Shown here piece after piece: positions 46,431 through 57,760 of a stretch of 64,000 nucleotides of DNA (position 1 is its first letter; every line of letters starts with the position of its first letter). This stretch comes from Ostreococcus lucimarinus. Taxonomy: Eukaryota. Where the stretch lies: NCBI GenBank assembly GCA_000092065.1, contig CP000582.1. One strand, written 5' to 3'. The translations under genes were made by a program, and so were the position numbers. The notes beneath the pieces were generated by a model. That model saw only the letters and a list, made by a program, of their open reading frames with translations, had not been told where the DNA came from and ran no database searches.

Positions 46431-49400
46431 ATGGACGTCGCGCGCGCGGTGCTCGACGGCGACGTCGCGGCGCTGGACGAGGTGGTGGAGCAATTCTACG
46501 GCGGTGACTCTGGCAAGGTGCGACGAATCGAACGCGCGAACGAACGAATCGGGACGGAAAGGGCGCGGAAGCGGGCGCGGGACGCGCCGAGACGGGATCG
46601 AAGGCGAGGACGAACGATGGGACGTCGATGGACGGGGCGCGAACGCGCGAGGGCGCGCGGAGGGACGAAAGGGGGGGGGGGGGATCGATGAGATGATCGA
46701 CGCGCGAGCGAAGGCGCGGAGCGAAGGCGCGGAGCGAAGGCGTGGACGGCGCGACGCGCGACGCGCGACGCGAGGGGAGGACGCGCGGACGCGAAAACGC
46801 GCGGATCGGGACGGGCGACGAGAATTTGAGGACTGACGAAGACGGTTCGACTCGACGGCGACAGCGCGCGGAGGCGGAGAAGATTTTGCAGAGTTTGCAA
46901 GAGCACGAACAGACGTGGACGCGCGTGGATGGGATCTTGGAGACGTCTAAGAATGCGAATACGAAGTTTTTCGCGCTGCAAGTGCTGGATGGGGTGATCA
47001 AGTACCGATGGGGGTTGTTGCCGAACGACCAACGCGAGGGGATCAAAAATTTCGTGAGCAATTTGATCATCAAGTTGAGCGCCGATGAGACGACGTTTAG
47101 GCGGGATCGGGCGTACATCAACAAGATCAATAACGTGCTGGTGCAGATTTTGAAACACGATTGGCCGCATCGCTGGCAGAGTTTCATTCCGGATTTGGTG
47201 GGCGCGGCGAGGACGAGCGAGTCGCTGTGCGAAAACTGCATGAGCATCTTGAAATTGCTGTCGGAGGAAGTTTTCGATTTCAGTCGAGGGGAGATGACGC
47301 AAGACAAAATTAGAGCGCTGAAGACTTCTTTGAACAGCGAGTTCAAGATGATTCACGAGCTGTGCGAGTTTGTCCTGACGCATTCGCAAAAACCAGAGTT
47401 GATAAAGACGACGCTCACGACGCTCAACGCGTTCTTGTCGTGGATACCTCTCGGTTACATCTTCGAGTCGTCGTTGTTGGACACCTTGCTCGCGCTCGCG
47501 CCCAATCCGGCGTATCGCAACATCGCATTCCTCTGTCTGTCGGAGATTGGTGGTTTGAACGTCGAGGCGAAATACGACGCGCACTTCATCAAGCTCTACA
47601 CCGTCGCCGTGGAACACCTGCTGGGCATCTTGCCTCGCGGCGTGAACATCGCCCAGGCGTACGCCAACGGTACGGATGACGAGCAGGCGTTTGTGCAAAA
47701 CTTGGGCATCTTCCTCACTCAATTTTTCAAAGCTCACATCGTGCTCTTGGAATCGACCGCCGAGTTGCAGCAATCGATGCTCATCGGCATCGAGTATCTT
47801 TTGAACATTTCCTACGTGGAAGAACCTGAAGTTTTCAAGGTTTGCCTCGATTACTGGCACTTCATGGTGTGTGATGTGTTCCAATCCGAAGGCGGTGATG
47901 CCGGGGACTTCCGATTCGGCGGAGATGTCGTCGCTCAAAACGAGCGAGGCGTAAACCGTCGAGTGCTGTACGCCGCGCCGTTTAGCAAACTGCGCTTGCT
48001 GATGATTTCGCGCATGGCCAAACCGGAGGAGGTTTTGATCGTAGAGGATGAAAATGGGAACATCGTGCGAGAAACTTTGAAGGATAACGACGTCTTGGTG
48101 CAGTACAAGATTATGCGCGAGACTCTGATTTACCTTGCGCATCTCGACCACAAGGATACCGAAACGCAAATGCTCGAAAAACTGCACGCGCAGCTCAACG
48201 GTCGTGAGTACACGTGGCATACGTTGAACACGCTCTGTTGGGCCATCGGTTCGATCAGTGGATCCATGCAAGAGGATCAAGAGAACCGATTTCTGGTGAC
48301 CGCCATTCGAGACTTGCTCAACCTGTGCGAAATCATGCGCATGAAGGACCACAAAGCCGTCATCGCGTCAAACATCATGTACGTTGTCGGACAGTACCCG
48401 CGCTTCTTACGTCTACATTGGAAGTTCTTGAAGACCGTGGTGAACAAGCTGTTCGAGTTCATGCACGAGACGCATCCGGGTGTGCAGGATATGGCGTGCG
48501 ATACGTTTCTGAAGATCTCCATGAAATGCAAGCGCAAATTTGTCATTTTACAAGTTGGCGAGACGGAGCCGTTCGTCGACGAACTTTTGCGAGGACTGTC
48601 TGACACTATTCGCGACTTAGAGCCGCATCAAGTGCACACGTTCTACGAATCTGTCGGTCACATGATCGGCAGCGAGTTGAACCCGGCGAAGAGAGAAGAG
48701 TACGTGCAGCGATTGATGGCGCCTCCCAATGAGCAGTGGCAACAAATCATGACTCAGGCGCGCCAGAATAGTGAGTGCTTGAAGAATCAAGACGTCATCA
48801 AAAACATCTTGAACATTCTCAAGTCGAACACGCACTTTTGCATGTCTCTTGGCCAACCGTTCCAAAACCAAATGTCAGCCATTTACGCGGATGTTTTGAA
48901 CGTTTACAAGCTTTACAGCGAATTGGTCAGTCAAAGCATCGCGGAAGGCGGGCCGTACGCAAGTAAGTCGTCCTTTGTCAAGTTGTTGCGCTCCGTCAAA
49001 CGAGAAGTTCTTCGACTCATCGAAACATTTGTCGAACGCTGCGACGACCCGCATCTCGTCGCGCAGCAGCTCGTGCCGCAGATGTACGATCCCATCTTGG
49101 GTGACTATGCGCGGAACATTCCGGACGCGCGCGACGCCGAGGTGTTGTCGCTCTTCGCGGCAATCATCAATAAGGTGGAGACTGCGATGACCGATGAAAT
49201 TCCGAAGATCTTCGACGCCGTGTTTGAGTGCACGTTGTCGATGATTACGAAGAACTTTGAGGACTTCCCCGATCATCGACTAAAGTTCTTCCTGCTTCTT
49301 CGTTCGGTAACGAATCACTGCTTCCGAGCTCTCGTTGCGTTGAGCCCGGCGCATTTGAAACTCATCATTGATTCCATTGTCTGGGCATTCCGTCACACCG

Positions 49401-49957
49401 AGCGCAACGTCGCGGATGAAGGTTTGAACTTACTTTTGGAGATGATGAAGTACTTTCAACTCTCCGAATACTGCAATCAATTCCACCAAAGCTTCTACTT
49501 GATGACGATGAGCGAGGTCTTCGCCGTCATGACGGATGGTTTTCACAAGCCAGGTTTCAAATTGCACGCTCTCATTCTGCAAAATCTCTTCACTATTAGC
49601 GAAAGTGATCAATTGAGTGCGCCTCTTTGGGACGTTGCGGCGAAGGGGGCGGGCGCTTATCCGTCCAACGCGGCTTTCGTTCAAGAGCACTGCGCGCAGT
49701 TGTTGTGCACCTCGTTCCCGAACATGCCACCAGCTGAAGTTCAAACGTTAGTTCTCGCGATGTTCCAATGCAAGAATGACCTCGCGGCGTTCAAGTCAAC
49801 GTTGAGGGACTTCTTAGTGCAGACGAAACAATTTAGCAGCGTGGATTTTGCAGAGGAAGAGCAAAGCCGGTTAGCGGCTCAGCGACAAGCGCGGCTTTCA
49901 GCTATTCCGGGGATGGTCAGCGGCGCGAACGTCGGTGACATGGATGACGACGAGTAG
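46431..49957 (+). CDS. XPO1: Exportin-1 (CRM1); two exons (exon 1 46431..46517; intron 46518..46864; exon 2 46865..49957)
   Basis: Exon 2 is colinear with CRM1 along its whole length (WTRVDGILETSKNANTKFFALQVLDGVIKYRWGLLP...). The track start at 46742 is a GTG with no ATG. Upstream ORF 46431 (ATG) encodes MDVARAVLDGDVAALDEVVEQFYGGDSGK, matching the CRM1 N-terminus (…LLDNVVNCLYHGEG). Splicing AAG|GTGCGA ... GACTGAC ... CAG|CGC gives a junction with exactly the CRM1 spacing. Confidence 0.9.
46671..46683. repeat. G13 homopolymer inside exportin-1 intron 1
   Basis: A run of 13 consecutive G at 46671..46683. Confidence 0.9.
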
Positions 49958-50010
49958 ATCGACGGCTCTTTAAATACTACGAAATCTAACAATAGCTAAA
50001 TATATATAGT

Positions 50011-51276
50011 TCACACGCCGCTCTTGGGATCGTACACGCGCATCAGCTCCTTCGCCGCTCGCTCGTACGTCTCATCGCTCGTATTCTCGAGGAACAGTGG
50101 TTTTGCGTTTTCGACTTCCTGCGGGCGCGATCGAGCCGCGGCTGCGGCGTACGCCGAGTCGTAGTGTTCTTCTAGTATATCTTGCACGAAAGCATCCCAG
50201 TCTCCACCGGCGATGAGCGCCTTCCACGCATTCACCCTCTCGTGTCCGACGCGCTTCACGAGAACATCTATACACTCCAACAAGCGATCCGTCTCCGTCG
50301 TCTCAAAGTGCTGGTACCCCGCTCGAATCCACTTCACGCGCTCCGACATGGGTATCTCCAGCTGTGTCACCGCTCCTTTGCGCATGCCTGACCACATCGT
50401 GCTGGGCACTTGGACTTTTCCAATCATTGAGCTCTCGCCCTCGACGAACACGGGCCTTGTGGGATCGAACCGGCGCGCCTTGCACGCGATGCGAGAGTCA
50501 AAAAGTTTTTGACTTGGCTGCTCGCGTGCGCCGGGTTCTTCCCCTAGAATCGAGCCACGATGATTTGCCATCACTTCTAAATCGATCACCTGCGCACCCG
50601 CGGCTTCGAGAGCGTCCAATAACTTACCCTTTGCACAACCGGTTTTTCCCGCGACGACGTGATAGGAAAATTGATCCATCCCTCGCAACCATTCGAGCAC
50701 GCCAGCTCGGTAACGTTTATACCCGCCGGGGGCAAAGTGAACATCAAAACCAATTCTGCTGAGCACGTGCGCCAGACTGAGCGACCGCTCACCGCCGCGC
50801 CAACAATAAACTAAAATCTTCGTCGACTTTTCGCAAGCCATGAAATTTTCATCAATTATCTTACTCAAGTTTTGTGCCACGAGCGCTGCCCCGAGTTTCT
50901 TCGCCTCAAACGGGTCGACTTGCTTATATATAGTTCCCACACGTTTCCTCTCTTCGTCATCAAGCACTGGGGTGCTTATCGCTCCCGGGACGTGGTCGTC
51001 CTCGTACTCGCTCGGCGCGCGCGCGTCGCACACGTAGTCGAACGCTCCCGCGTCGAATCCATCGTCGTCGAGCGTCACCGTTCGAATGCGTGGGCCGAGG
51101 TCCAAGAAGTCCTCGGGATAGGTGTGTTTAGCCTGCGCGCGCGCGGGCGCAGGTCCAGCGCGATGTCCCCAGTGCCTAACGACCGCTTCAGGTTTTCGCG
51201 CGAAATGCGCGACAAGCGACGTCGCACGACCGCGCGTCGAGCTCGCGCGAAGTGCGTGCGAGCACATGTGACGCAT
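50011..51276 (-). CDS. selU: tRNA 2-selenouridine synthase (SelU/MnmH family: rhodanese domain + P-loop domain) with an N-terminal organellar-type presequence
   Basis: A rhodanese domain is present (YVCDARAPSEYEDDHVPGAISTPVL..., active-site LVYCWRGGERSL), followed by a P-loop region (VVAGKTGCAKGKLL). The track start at 51342 is a TTG; the first ATG is 51276 (MRHMCSHALRASSTRGRATSLVAHFARK..., a basic/hydroxylated presequence). Confidence 0.75.
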   Translation of the reverse strand: MRHMCSHALRASSTRGRATSLVAHFARKPEAVVRHWGHRAGPAPARAQAKHTYPEDFLDLGPRIRTVTLDDDGFDAGAFDYVCDARAPSEYEDDHVPGAISTPVLDDEERKRVGTIYKQVDPFEAKKLGAALVAQNLSKIIDENFMACEKSTKILVYCWRGGERSLSLAHVLSRIGFDVHFAPGGYKRYRAGVLEWLRGMDQFSYHVVAGKTGCAKGKLLDALEAAGAQVIDLEVMANHRGSILGEEPGAREQPSQKLFDSRIACKARRFDPTRPVFVEGESSMIGKVQVPSTMWSGMRKGAVTQLEIPMSERVKWIRAGYQHFETTETDRLLECIDVLVKRVGHERVNAWKALIAGGDWDAFVQDILEEHYDSAYAAAAARSRPQEVENAKPLFLENTSDETYERAAKELMRVYDPKSGV

Positions 51277-51447
51277 TGAACTCGCGAGCGAATTTGCGAC
51301 ACGCGTCGCGTCACGGTCGACGCGCTGGCGTGTGCTGCACAAGCAGGCGGCGGGACAACGCCGTATTCGGCGAGAAGACGCATTTGAACATTCGTCGGCG
51401 TGTCCGTCACAATGGGCTAGTCTATATCAGCTAATTATCGTGTATTT

Positions 51448-53646
51448 TCATTCGTCGTCGTCGTCTGAATCGCTCTCGTCGTCGTCCTCGAGATCGTAAA
51501 CTTGAACGCGCGTAGCGCCGACGAGAACGCTCGCCAGGCCGCGGTTCGCGCTGACGGCTAAAGGCGCGAGCGGCTCGACGCAGGGTAAAACGCGCTCGCG
51601 AATTTGTATGGAGTTCAAATCCACCAGCGCACCATCGCGCGGCAGCGCTTGAAACGCGCCATCATCCAGGAGCACGAGTCGCGCCTTGGCGCCTCCCATC
51701 ACGTCCTTGGGCTTGAGGAGGAGCGCGATGGAATCGCCCTTGTAAGCGCACGCGTCGACGATGAGCTCGTTCGGCGTTGTCACTGTTGCGGTTCTAAGGC
51801 ACTTATCGTCAAACGCGCGATACATGTGCACGCGATCTCGCAAAGTGTCGACGTGGAAACTTTCTCTGTGCGCTTCGACGGCTTCGGCGTTGGAAAACAC
51901 TGATTGCTCGGTGTTGTCCTGCACCTCATCCGCGTACGTCCACGCACATTTTGCGCTCAACACATCACATGACGATTCTAAAACACCGTTTACTTCACGT
52001 GTGATGCGCGTGAGCGTTTCACACAACGAAAGCGGCTCGCCATCCGAAAGGGCATCGTTGAGTCGTAGCATGGATTCGAGAGGAGGCTGCGCGCCGCGCA
52101 AGAATACTCCGTCGCCGGTGTGCACACGGTCATGACGCACTGAAAGTGCGTAGTCAAGACAATCTTGAGAAACGCCGTTTTTGCTGAACGCCAAATCCAA
52201 GTACTCTTTTACTAAATCCAAACGTGGCGACGGAAGCTGAGCGCCGTGCGCGTCGCCGTCTTCGGCGACGATTTGCGCTCTAATGATGTACACGAAAAAT
52301 GCACGCAGTTGCATCGTTCGTTTTGTCACCACGCGCCCGGCGTCGATAATGGCAAATGTGAACTGCTCACACATCTTTATGACTTCTTCCACGCGCGATT
52401 CATCGATGCCCACGCCATCTGATCCGTAACCGAGTCGCGCCAACCCGAGCAGGGCGTTCAGCCGAAGCATGATGTCATCCATCAAAGGAGCGACCACGCT
52501 CACGAGATGCTCGTGCACGATCGTTAACGCAACGTCTACATCTTTCGCCATTCGCTTGACGTGCGCCATTTTGAATGTGGTCATAAAGAAATGCTCCAAC
52601 GCTTCGTCAAACGTTCCCGTCGTCAAAAGCATCAACAGTCGCTCGCGAAGTTCATAGTACAGGTCCATTTCTTCGCCGTACATCTCTGTCATGAGTAACG
52701 TGTCCGTAAACTGCTTAAATTGATCATCGAGACGACGTTTGTACCCTTGCTCGTACTTCGCGCTAGCTTCCCGCACGACGATAATCGCGCGCTCCAGTGA
52801 CGTCTTCAAGTGCGCAGCGTGCGTGGACACCAAATACACCTCTCTTACGTGCACCGCCATGTACGCCGCGTCCAATCGCGCGAAAGAAGCCTTTCTTCGC
52901 GATGCGTCGCGAACTATCGCATCAACGCTCGTAAAATCATCTCTCGACGCCAACGCCTCGACGCTGCCTGTCTTCGCGAACGCGTCTCGCCATAAGCCCA
53001 CGCGAAACATCCCGAACGCGTGCATCGCGACCACCCCGTTCGCGTTCGCCGCGACGAGGGCGCTAAACTTGCCCGTACTTTCAAAATGATCCACCAACCC
53101 GGCGGCGTTCCACGACTCGCGCTTGCCCGTGAATCTCGCGCTCGCGCCGCCTTCTCTCTCCCGCGCGCCGTCGCGCGTGCCGTTCCATCCGTGCCTCGCC
53201 GCTCGACTCTCGTCGCGCACCACCGCTCCCTCGCGCGCGTCGATCCATCGTAAGCACGTGATTCCACACCCATCGCTTCCGCCTTCTCCGCCTTTATCCC
53301 GTTCCGCCGCTGTCCCGCTCGCGCCGTCGCGCGCGTCCCGCTCGAAGCCTTCCAGCCCCGTAATCACCCTCAAACACTCCCCGTCCTCCGTCGCGTGCGC
53401 CGTGATCGCTCCCGAGGCGTAGCCGACGACGAGAACCTTGCCGTCCGGGCGAAACGTCGCGCGCGTGGGCGTTTCGAGCTCGGGCGCTAAGGTTTTCGTC
53501 CAGAGTTTGTTCCAGTTCAACCGAAACGCGGTTAAAGTGCCGCCGTTCGCGCACGCGACGACGACGAGATCCATCGTCGGACACAGCGCGATCGTCGTCG
53601 CGGGTGCGCCGAGCTTTGCGTCTCGCGCGAGGACGAAGGACGTCAT
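51448..53646 (-). CDS. ANAPC4: Anaphase-promoting complex subunit 4 (APC4)-like
   Basis: The N-terminal WD40-like region CPTMDLVVVACANGGTLTAFRLNWNKLWTK...FRPDGKVLVVGYASGAI matches the APC4 N-terminal pattern. A long APC4-like helical domain follows and the protein ends with an acidic tail. The track start at 53790 is a TTG; the first ATG is 53646. Confidence 0.65.
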   Translation of the reverse strand: MTSFVLARDAKLGAPATTIALCPTMDLVVVACANGGTLTAFRLNWNKLWTKTLAPELETPTRATFRPDGKVLVVGYASGAITAHATEDGECLRVITGLEGFERDARDGASGTAAERDKGGEGGSDGCGITCLRWIDAREGAVVRDESRAARHGWNGTRDGAREREGGASARFTGKRESWNAAGLVDHFESTGKFSALVAANANGVVAMHAFGMFRVGLWRDAFAKTGSVEALASRDDFTSVDAIVRDASRRKASFARLDAAYMAVHVREVYLVSTHAAHLKTSLERAIIVVREASAKYEQGYKRRLDDQFKQFTDTLLMTEMYGEEMDLYYELRERLLMLLTTGTFDEALEHFFMTTFKMAHVKRMAKDVDVALTIVHEHLVSVVAPLMDDIMLRLNALLGLARLGYGSDGVGIDESRVEEVIKMCEQFTFAIIDAGRVVTKRTMQLRAFFVYIIRAQIVAEDGDAHGAQLPSPRLDLVKEYLDLAFSKNGVSQDCLDYALSVRHDRVHTGDGVFLRGAQPPLESMLRLNDALSDGEPLSLCETLTRITREVNGVLESSCDVLSAKCAWTYADEVQDNTEQSVFSNAEAVEAHRESFHVDTLRDRVHMYRAFDDKCLRTATVTTPNELIVDACAYKGDSIALLLKPKDVMGGAKARLVLLDDGAFQALPRDGALVDLNSIQIRERVLPCVEPLAPLAVSANRGLASVLVGATRVQVYDLEDDDESDSDDDDE

Positions 53647-53833
53647 CGCGGCGCGGTGTGCGGTTGATTCTTCAGTGGATGCGCGCGGCGCGACAGCCAG
53701 AGCGACAGACGCGGCGAATTTCAAACTCGGGGGGCGACAAACAGCGGCGAATCGAGCGGGCGGTGTGGCTAAGACTGTCTTATGATACAAGAGGCTAGTT
53801 ATTACGGTTCGCGGTTGACGATGACGAAGTCCA

Positions 53834-55144
53834 TCACGCGACGTTGGCGACGCTTTCGGCGCCGCGCGGCCGCGATAAAAAGGAGAAATCGGGCTCGACG
53901 ACGGGCTTTAAAAACAGCACTGGTTGCGCCATCAACGCGTTGCCGACGATCAAAGGGAGCCAGAGCGCGCCCGCGGAGAGGCGGAACGACAGTGGGGCGG
54001 CGGGCCACACTCGATCGATGAGCATGCTGAACCCGCGAACGAGCAAGATGTGCGTGAGATAGCAGTAGAGCGTTCGCGAACCCATGGCGGTGATGAAGGA
54101 CTTCTTACTCGGCACGAGCGCCAAGACGCCCAAGCCGGCGAATGCGGTGAAGACGTAAAGCGCGATGCGTTTGAGCATGTCGATGAACTGCGCGGCCACG
54201 GAGGACGACTTGTACGGCGCGATGGACCAGATGAACCACTGCACGTCGTCGAAGCACTCTTCGAAGACGTTGAGCACGACGTAGAGAAGCGCGTACGCCA
54301 CCGCGAGAACAATCGCCCCGAACGTCGCGCGACGACCGTAATCGATACTCTGCAAGCGCTGCAAGTGCTCCGGCTTCAACGCGACGCAGCCGAGGAAAAA
54401 ATACACGGAATACACGAAGACGCGCTGCCAATCGAAAGCCGCGTTTCCATTCTTCGTCGTCGCCGTCTCCGTGAACCCCACGAACAGCCCCATGAACACA
54501 CTCAGCGCCACGATGACCCCATTTCGTAACCCCCCCACCACGAGCACGCTCATGCGCCAAAAGAACAGCGCGAGCAAGTACCACATCACCCCCACCGGCG
54601 CCCACCACTGCAGCGGCGCGACGTCGTAATAATTAATCGCCACGTAAAACGCCTGCCACACCGCGTACGTCCCCAACAGCGTCCCGAACGCCCCTCGCAC
54701 GCGCACCAACAAATTCACCGCGCTCGCCTCGTCCTCCCTCGCCGCGCGGAGCCAACTCTTCGACAGGTATCCGCTCGCGCCCGCGAACAACGGCATCCCC
54801 GTCGCGCACAACACCAAATATAACGTTCGCACGTGTCCGTGCGTCGTCGCGTTCACCGCGTCCCTCTCGCACCACCCTCGCCGCTCGTGCGCGTCCAGCG
54901 CTCTCAGGAACTCCTGCAGCGCGTGATTCCACACGACGATCAGCATGAGCGCGTACTTCAGGTTGTCCAGGTACGCGTCCCGTCGGTCGCTCGCGCGTTC
55001 GTCGAACGCGCGCGGCGTCGCCGCGTCCGCGTCCAGGCTCGCGTCGAGGTTTCTCGCCCGTCGCGTCGCGCGCGCGTCGCGCGACATCGCGTATCCGGTC
55101 GCGTCGCCGTCTCGCGCCGTCGCGTAACACCATCCAGTTTTCAT
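53834..55144 (-). CDS. Acyltransferase-3 (OafA-like) family multi-pass membrane protein
   Basis: ATG at 55144. The start of the domain RRDAYLDNLKYALMLIVVWNHA fits the acyltransferase-3 N-terminal motif (R..LD.lR..a...V...H). It has about 10 predicted TM helices. Confidence 0.55.
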   Translation of the reverse strand: MKTGWCYATARDGDATGYAMSRDARATRRARNLDASLDADAATPRAFDERASDRRDAYLDNLKYALMLIVVWNHALQEFLRALDAHERRGWCERDAVNATTHGHVRTLYLVLCATGMPLFAGASGYLSKSWLRAAREDEASAVNLLVRVRGAFGTLLGTYAVWQAFYVAINYYDVAPLQWWAPVGVMWYLLALFFWRMSVLVVGGLRNGVIVALSVFMGLFVGFTETATTKNGNAAFDWQRVFVYSVYFFLGCVALKPEHLQRLQSIDYGRRATFGAIVLAVAYALLYVVLNVFEECFDDVQWFIWSIAPYKSSSVAAQFIDMLKRIALYVFTAFAGLGVLALVPSKKSFITAMGSRTLYCYLTHILLVRGFSMLIDRVWPAAPLSFRLSAGALWLPLIVGNALMAQPVLFLKPVVEPDFSFLSRPRGAESVANVA

Positions 55145-55308
55145 CAGTCAGAAGCGTCTTAACACACGGATCATCGGTCGGACGCGCTTGAACACACGGA
55201 CCATCAGCGCCGCCGACGACGATCGACGCGCGCGCGCGACGTCGGACATCGCGCGACGCCGCGCGCGCTCGGACGCCGCGACGACGCCGCGGTCGACGCC
55301 GGTCCGCG

Positions 55309-57399
55309 ATGTCCGACACGGCTCGCGCGACGCGGGTGAAGAATAAAGCGCCCGCGCCGGTGCAAATCACCGCGGAACAAATCGTGCGCGAATCCGCGGA
55401 GCGCGCGGAGGACGTGTACGGGGCGCCGAAGCGGAAGATCGCGGACCAGGAGGAGCTGAAGGAGTACAGATACGAACAGCGGAAGCAGTTCGAGGATCGA
55501 GTGCGGTCGTCGTACTGGGAACCGCGGGCGTGGATACGGTACGCGAAGTGGGAGGAGGGACAGGGGGATTTGCCGAGGGCGCGAAGCGTGTGGGAGCGAG
55601 CGCTGGAACATCACGGACGGGACGTGCCGATATGGTTGCAGTACGCGGAGATGGAGATGAAGAACAAAGCGATCAATCACGCGAGGAACGTGTGGGAGCG
55701 GGCGTGCTCGACGCTGCCGAGGATTGATGTGTTTTGGTACAAGTACGTGAACATGGAGGAGACGCTCGGGCAGGTTGCGGCGGCGAGACAGGTTTTCGAG
55801 AAATGGATGAAGTGGGAACCCGAACACACGGCGTGGAACGCGTATGTGAAGATGGAGCAGAGGTACGGGGAGAAAGAGCGGGCGAGGGATATCTTTCAGC
55901 GGTATGTGCAGGTGCACCCGGACGTGAAGGCGTGGACGCGCTGGGCAAAGTTTGAGTTTTCGTCGGGCGAACGCGACAAGGCGCGCGAGGTGTACGAAGC
56001 CGCGGTGGAGTTTCTGCGGAACGAACCAGAGGTTGGGAACTTATACGCCAACTTTGCCAAGTTTGAGGAGATGTGTCACGAAGTTGAGCGCGCTCGGGCG
56101 ATTTATAAATTCGCTCTCGATCGTTTGCCCAAGGAGCAAGCCGAGTCTGTGTACAAGGAGTTTATGAAGTTTGAAAAGATGCACGGAAATCGAGAAGGGA
56201 TCGAGGACGTCGTTGTGGGGCAACGACGGTTCAAGTACGAGGAAGAAGTGTCCAAGAATCCGCTGAACTACGACACTTGGTTCGATTACATTAGACTAGA
56301 AGAAAACGCCGGCGACATGGCGAAGACGCGCGAGGTGTACGAACGCGCCATCGCCAACGTGCCGCCAGCGAACGAAAAACGCTTTTGGCAGCGATACATT
56401 TATATTTGGATCAACTACGCGCTTTACGAAGAGCTCGAGGCGCGAGACGTGGAACGCACGCGAGAGGTGTACCGAGCGTGCCTCAAGGTGATTCCACACG
56501 CCGAGTTTTCGTTTTCAAAGATTTGGATCATGGCGGCAAAGTTCGAGCTTCGTCAGCGACGACTCGATGCGTGCCGTAAGATTTTTGGATTGGCCATTGG
56601 ATTAGCACCGAAGGCAAAGATATTCGCGACTTACATTGAGATCGAGTTCCAGCTCGGGAACGTCGACAGGTGTCGCACCCTGTACGAAAAGTACTTGGAA
56701 ATTGAGCCGCAAAATTGCTCGACGTGGATCAAGTACGCCGAACTCGAGCGATCGCTCGGAGAAATCGAACGTGGGCGCTCGATTTTCGAACTCGCGGTTG
56801 ATCAGGCCATGCTAGACATGCCGGAGGTACTTTGGAAGGCGTACATCGATTTCGAGACGTCCGAGGGAGAGCGCGAGCGTACGCGCGCGCTTTACGAGCG
56901 TCTTCTCGAGCGTACGAAGCACGTCAAGGTATGGATGTCTTACGCGCGCTTCGAAGCAACACCGATTGTTGTTGTGGATGACGACGCCGACGACGCTGCG
57001 ATAGCCGCCGCCACCGCCGCGGCGGAGAACGACGAGCACGAACGCCTCGAGACGCGCCAAGCGAAAAGCCGCGCCGTGTACGAGCGAGCGCTCGCTGAAC
57101 TCAAAGAAATCGATCCAGACGCCAAAGAAGAGCGTGTCATGCTTCTCGAGGCGTGGAAGTCATTCGAAGACACCTTACCGAGCGAATTCTCGAAATCCGC
57201 CGACGTCAAGGCGCGTCTTCCCAAGCGCGTTAAGCGCAAGCGCGCCGTCGAGGACGACGACGGTCGCGAAATCGCACAGGAAGAGTACTACGATTACGTC
57301 TTCCCCGACGACGCCGGCGCCGCGCAACCGTCGCTCAAGCTTCTCGAAGCCGCGTACGCGTGGAAGAAGGCCAAAGCCGCGGCTGAGGCGACGGATTAA
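55309..57399 (+). CDS. CRNKL1: Crooked-neck-like pre-mRNA splicing factor (CRNKL1/Clf1/Syf3), HAT repeats
   Basis: ATG at 55309. Tandem HAT repeats run throughout (…WIRYAKWEE..., IWLQYAEMEMK..., FWYKYVNMEE..., AWNAYVKMEQRYG..., AWTRWAKFEF...). An acidic C-terminus follows. This is the typical Clf1 layout. Confidence 0.9.
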   Translation: MSDTARATRVKNKAPAPVQITAEQIVRESAERAEDVYGAPKRKIADQEELKEYRYEQRKQFEDRVRSSYWEPRAWIRYAKWEEGQGDLPRARSVWERALEHHGRDVPIWLQYAEMEMKNKAINHARNVWERACSTLPRIDVFWYKYVNMEETLGQVAAARQVFEKWMKWEPEHTAWNAYVKMEQRYGEKERARDIFQRYVQVHPDVKAWTRWAKFEFSSGERDKAREVYEAAVEFLRNEPEVGNLYANFAKFEEMCHEVERARAIYKFALDRLPKEQAESVYKEFMKFEKMHGNREGIEDVVVGQRRFKYEEEVSKNPLNYDTWFDYIRLEENAGDMAKTREVYERAIANVPPANEKRFWQRYIYIWINYALYEELEARDVERTREVYRACLKVIPHAEFSFSKIWIMAAKFELRQRRLDACRKIFGLAIGLAPKAKIFATYIEIEFQLGNVDRCRTLYEKYLEIEPQNCSTWIKYAELERSLGEIERGRSIFELAVDQAMLDMPEVLWKAYIDFETSEGERERTRALYERLLERTKHVKVWMSYARFEATPIVVVDDDADDAAIAAATAAAENDEHERLETRQAKSRAVYERALAELKEIDPDAKEERVMLLEAWKSFEDTLPSEFSKSADVKARLPKRVKRKRAVEDDDGREIAQEEYYDYVFPDDAGAAQPSLKLLEAAYAWKKAKAAAEATD

Positions 57400-57760
57400 A
57401 CGGATAAACACACCATATCCATCTATGATAGCACTCCAGACCCTTCGAATACGACAAAACCAAAACCTACGCCATCCGTACCTCAACGCCGCGCGCGCTC
57501 GAACGTCACACGCGCTCGCCCGACGCGTACGGCGGACTCGCGCCGGGCCGACACGACGGATCACTGAGGTGACTCCGCGCACACGCACGATTCAGCGCGC
57601 GCACGCGGCGCCCGCGCGCGCCGCGCACGGGCCGCGCGCGAACGCGAATTCCAGGCGGCGACCGACGCGGCGACGCGACCGACGCGCGACGACCAAACGC
57701 GCGTCCATCGGCTACCCGAGCGGTGAAGACGTCGACGTCAGCATCGACATCGACGCCGAA

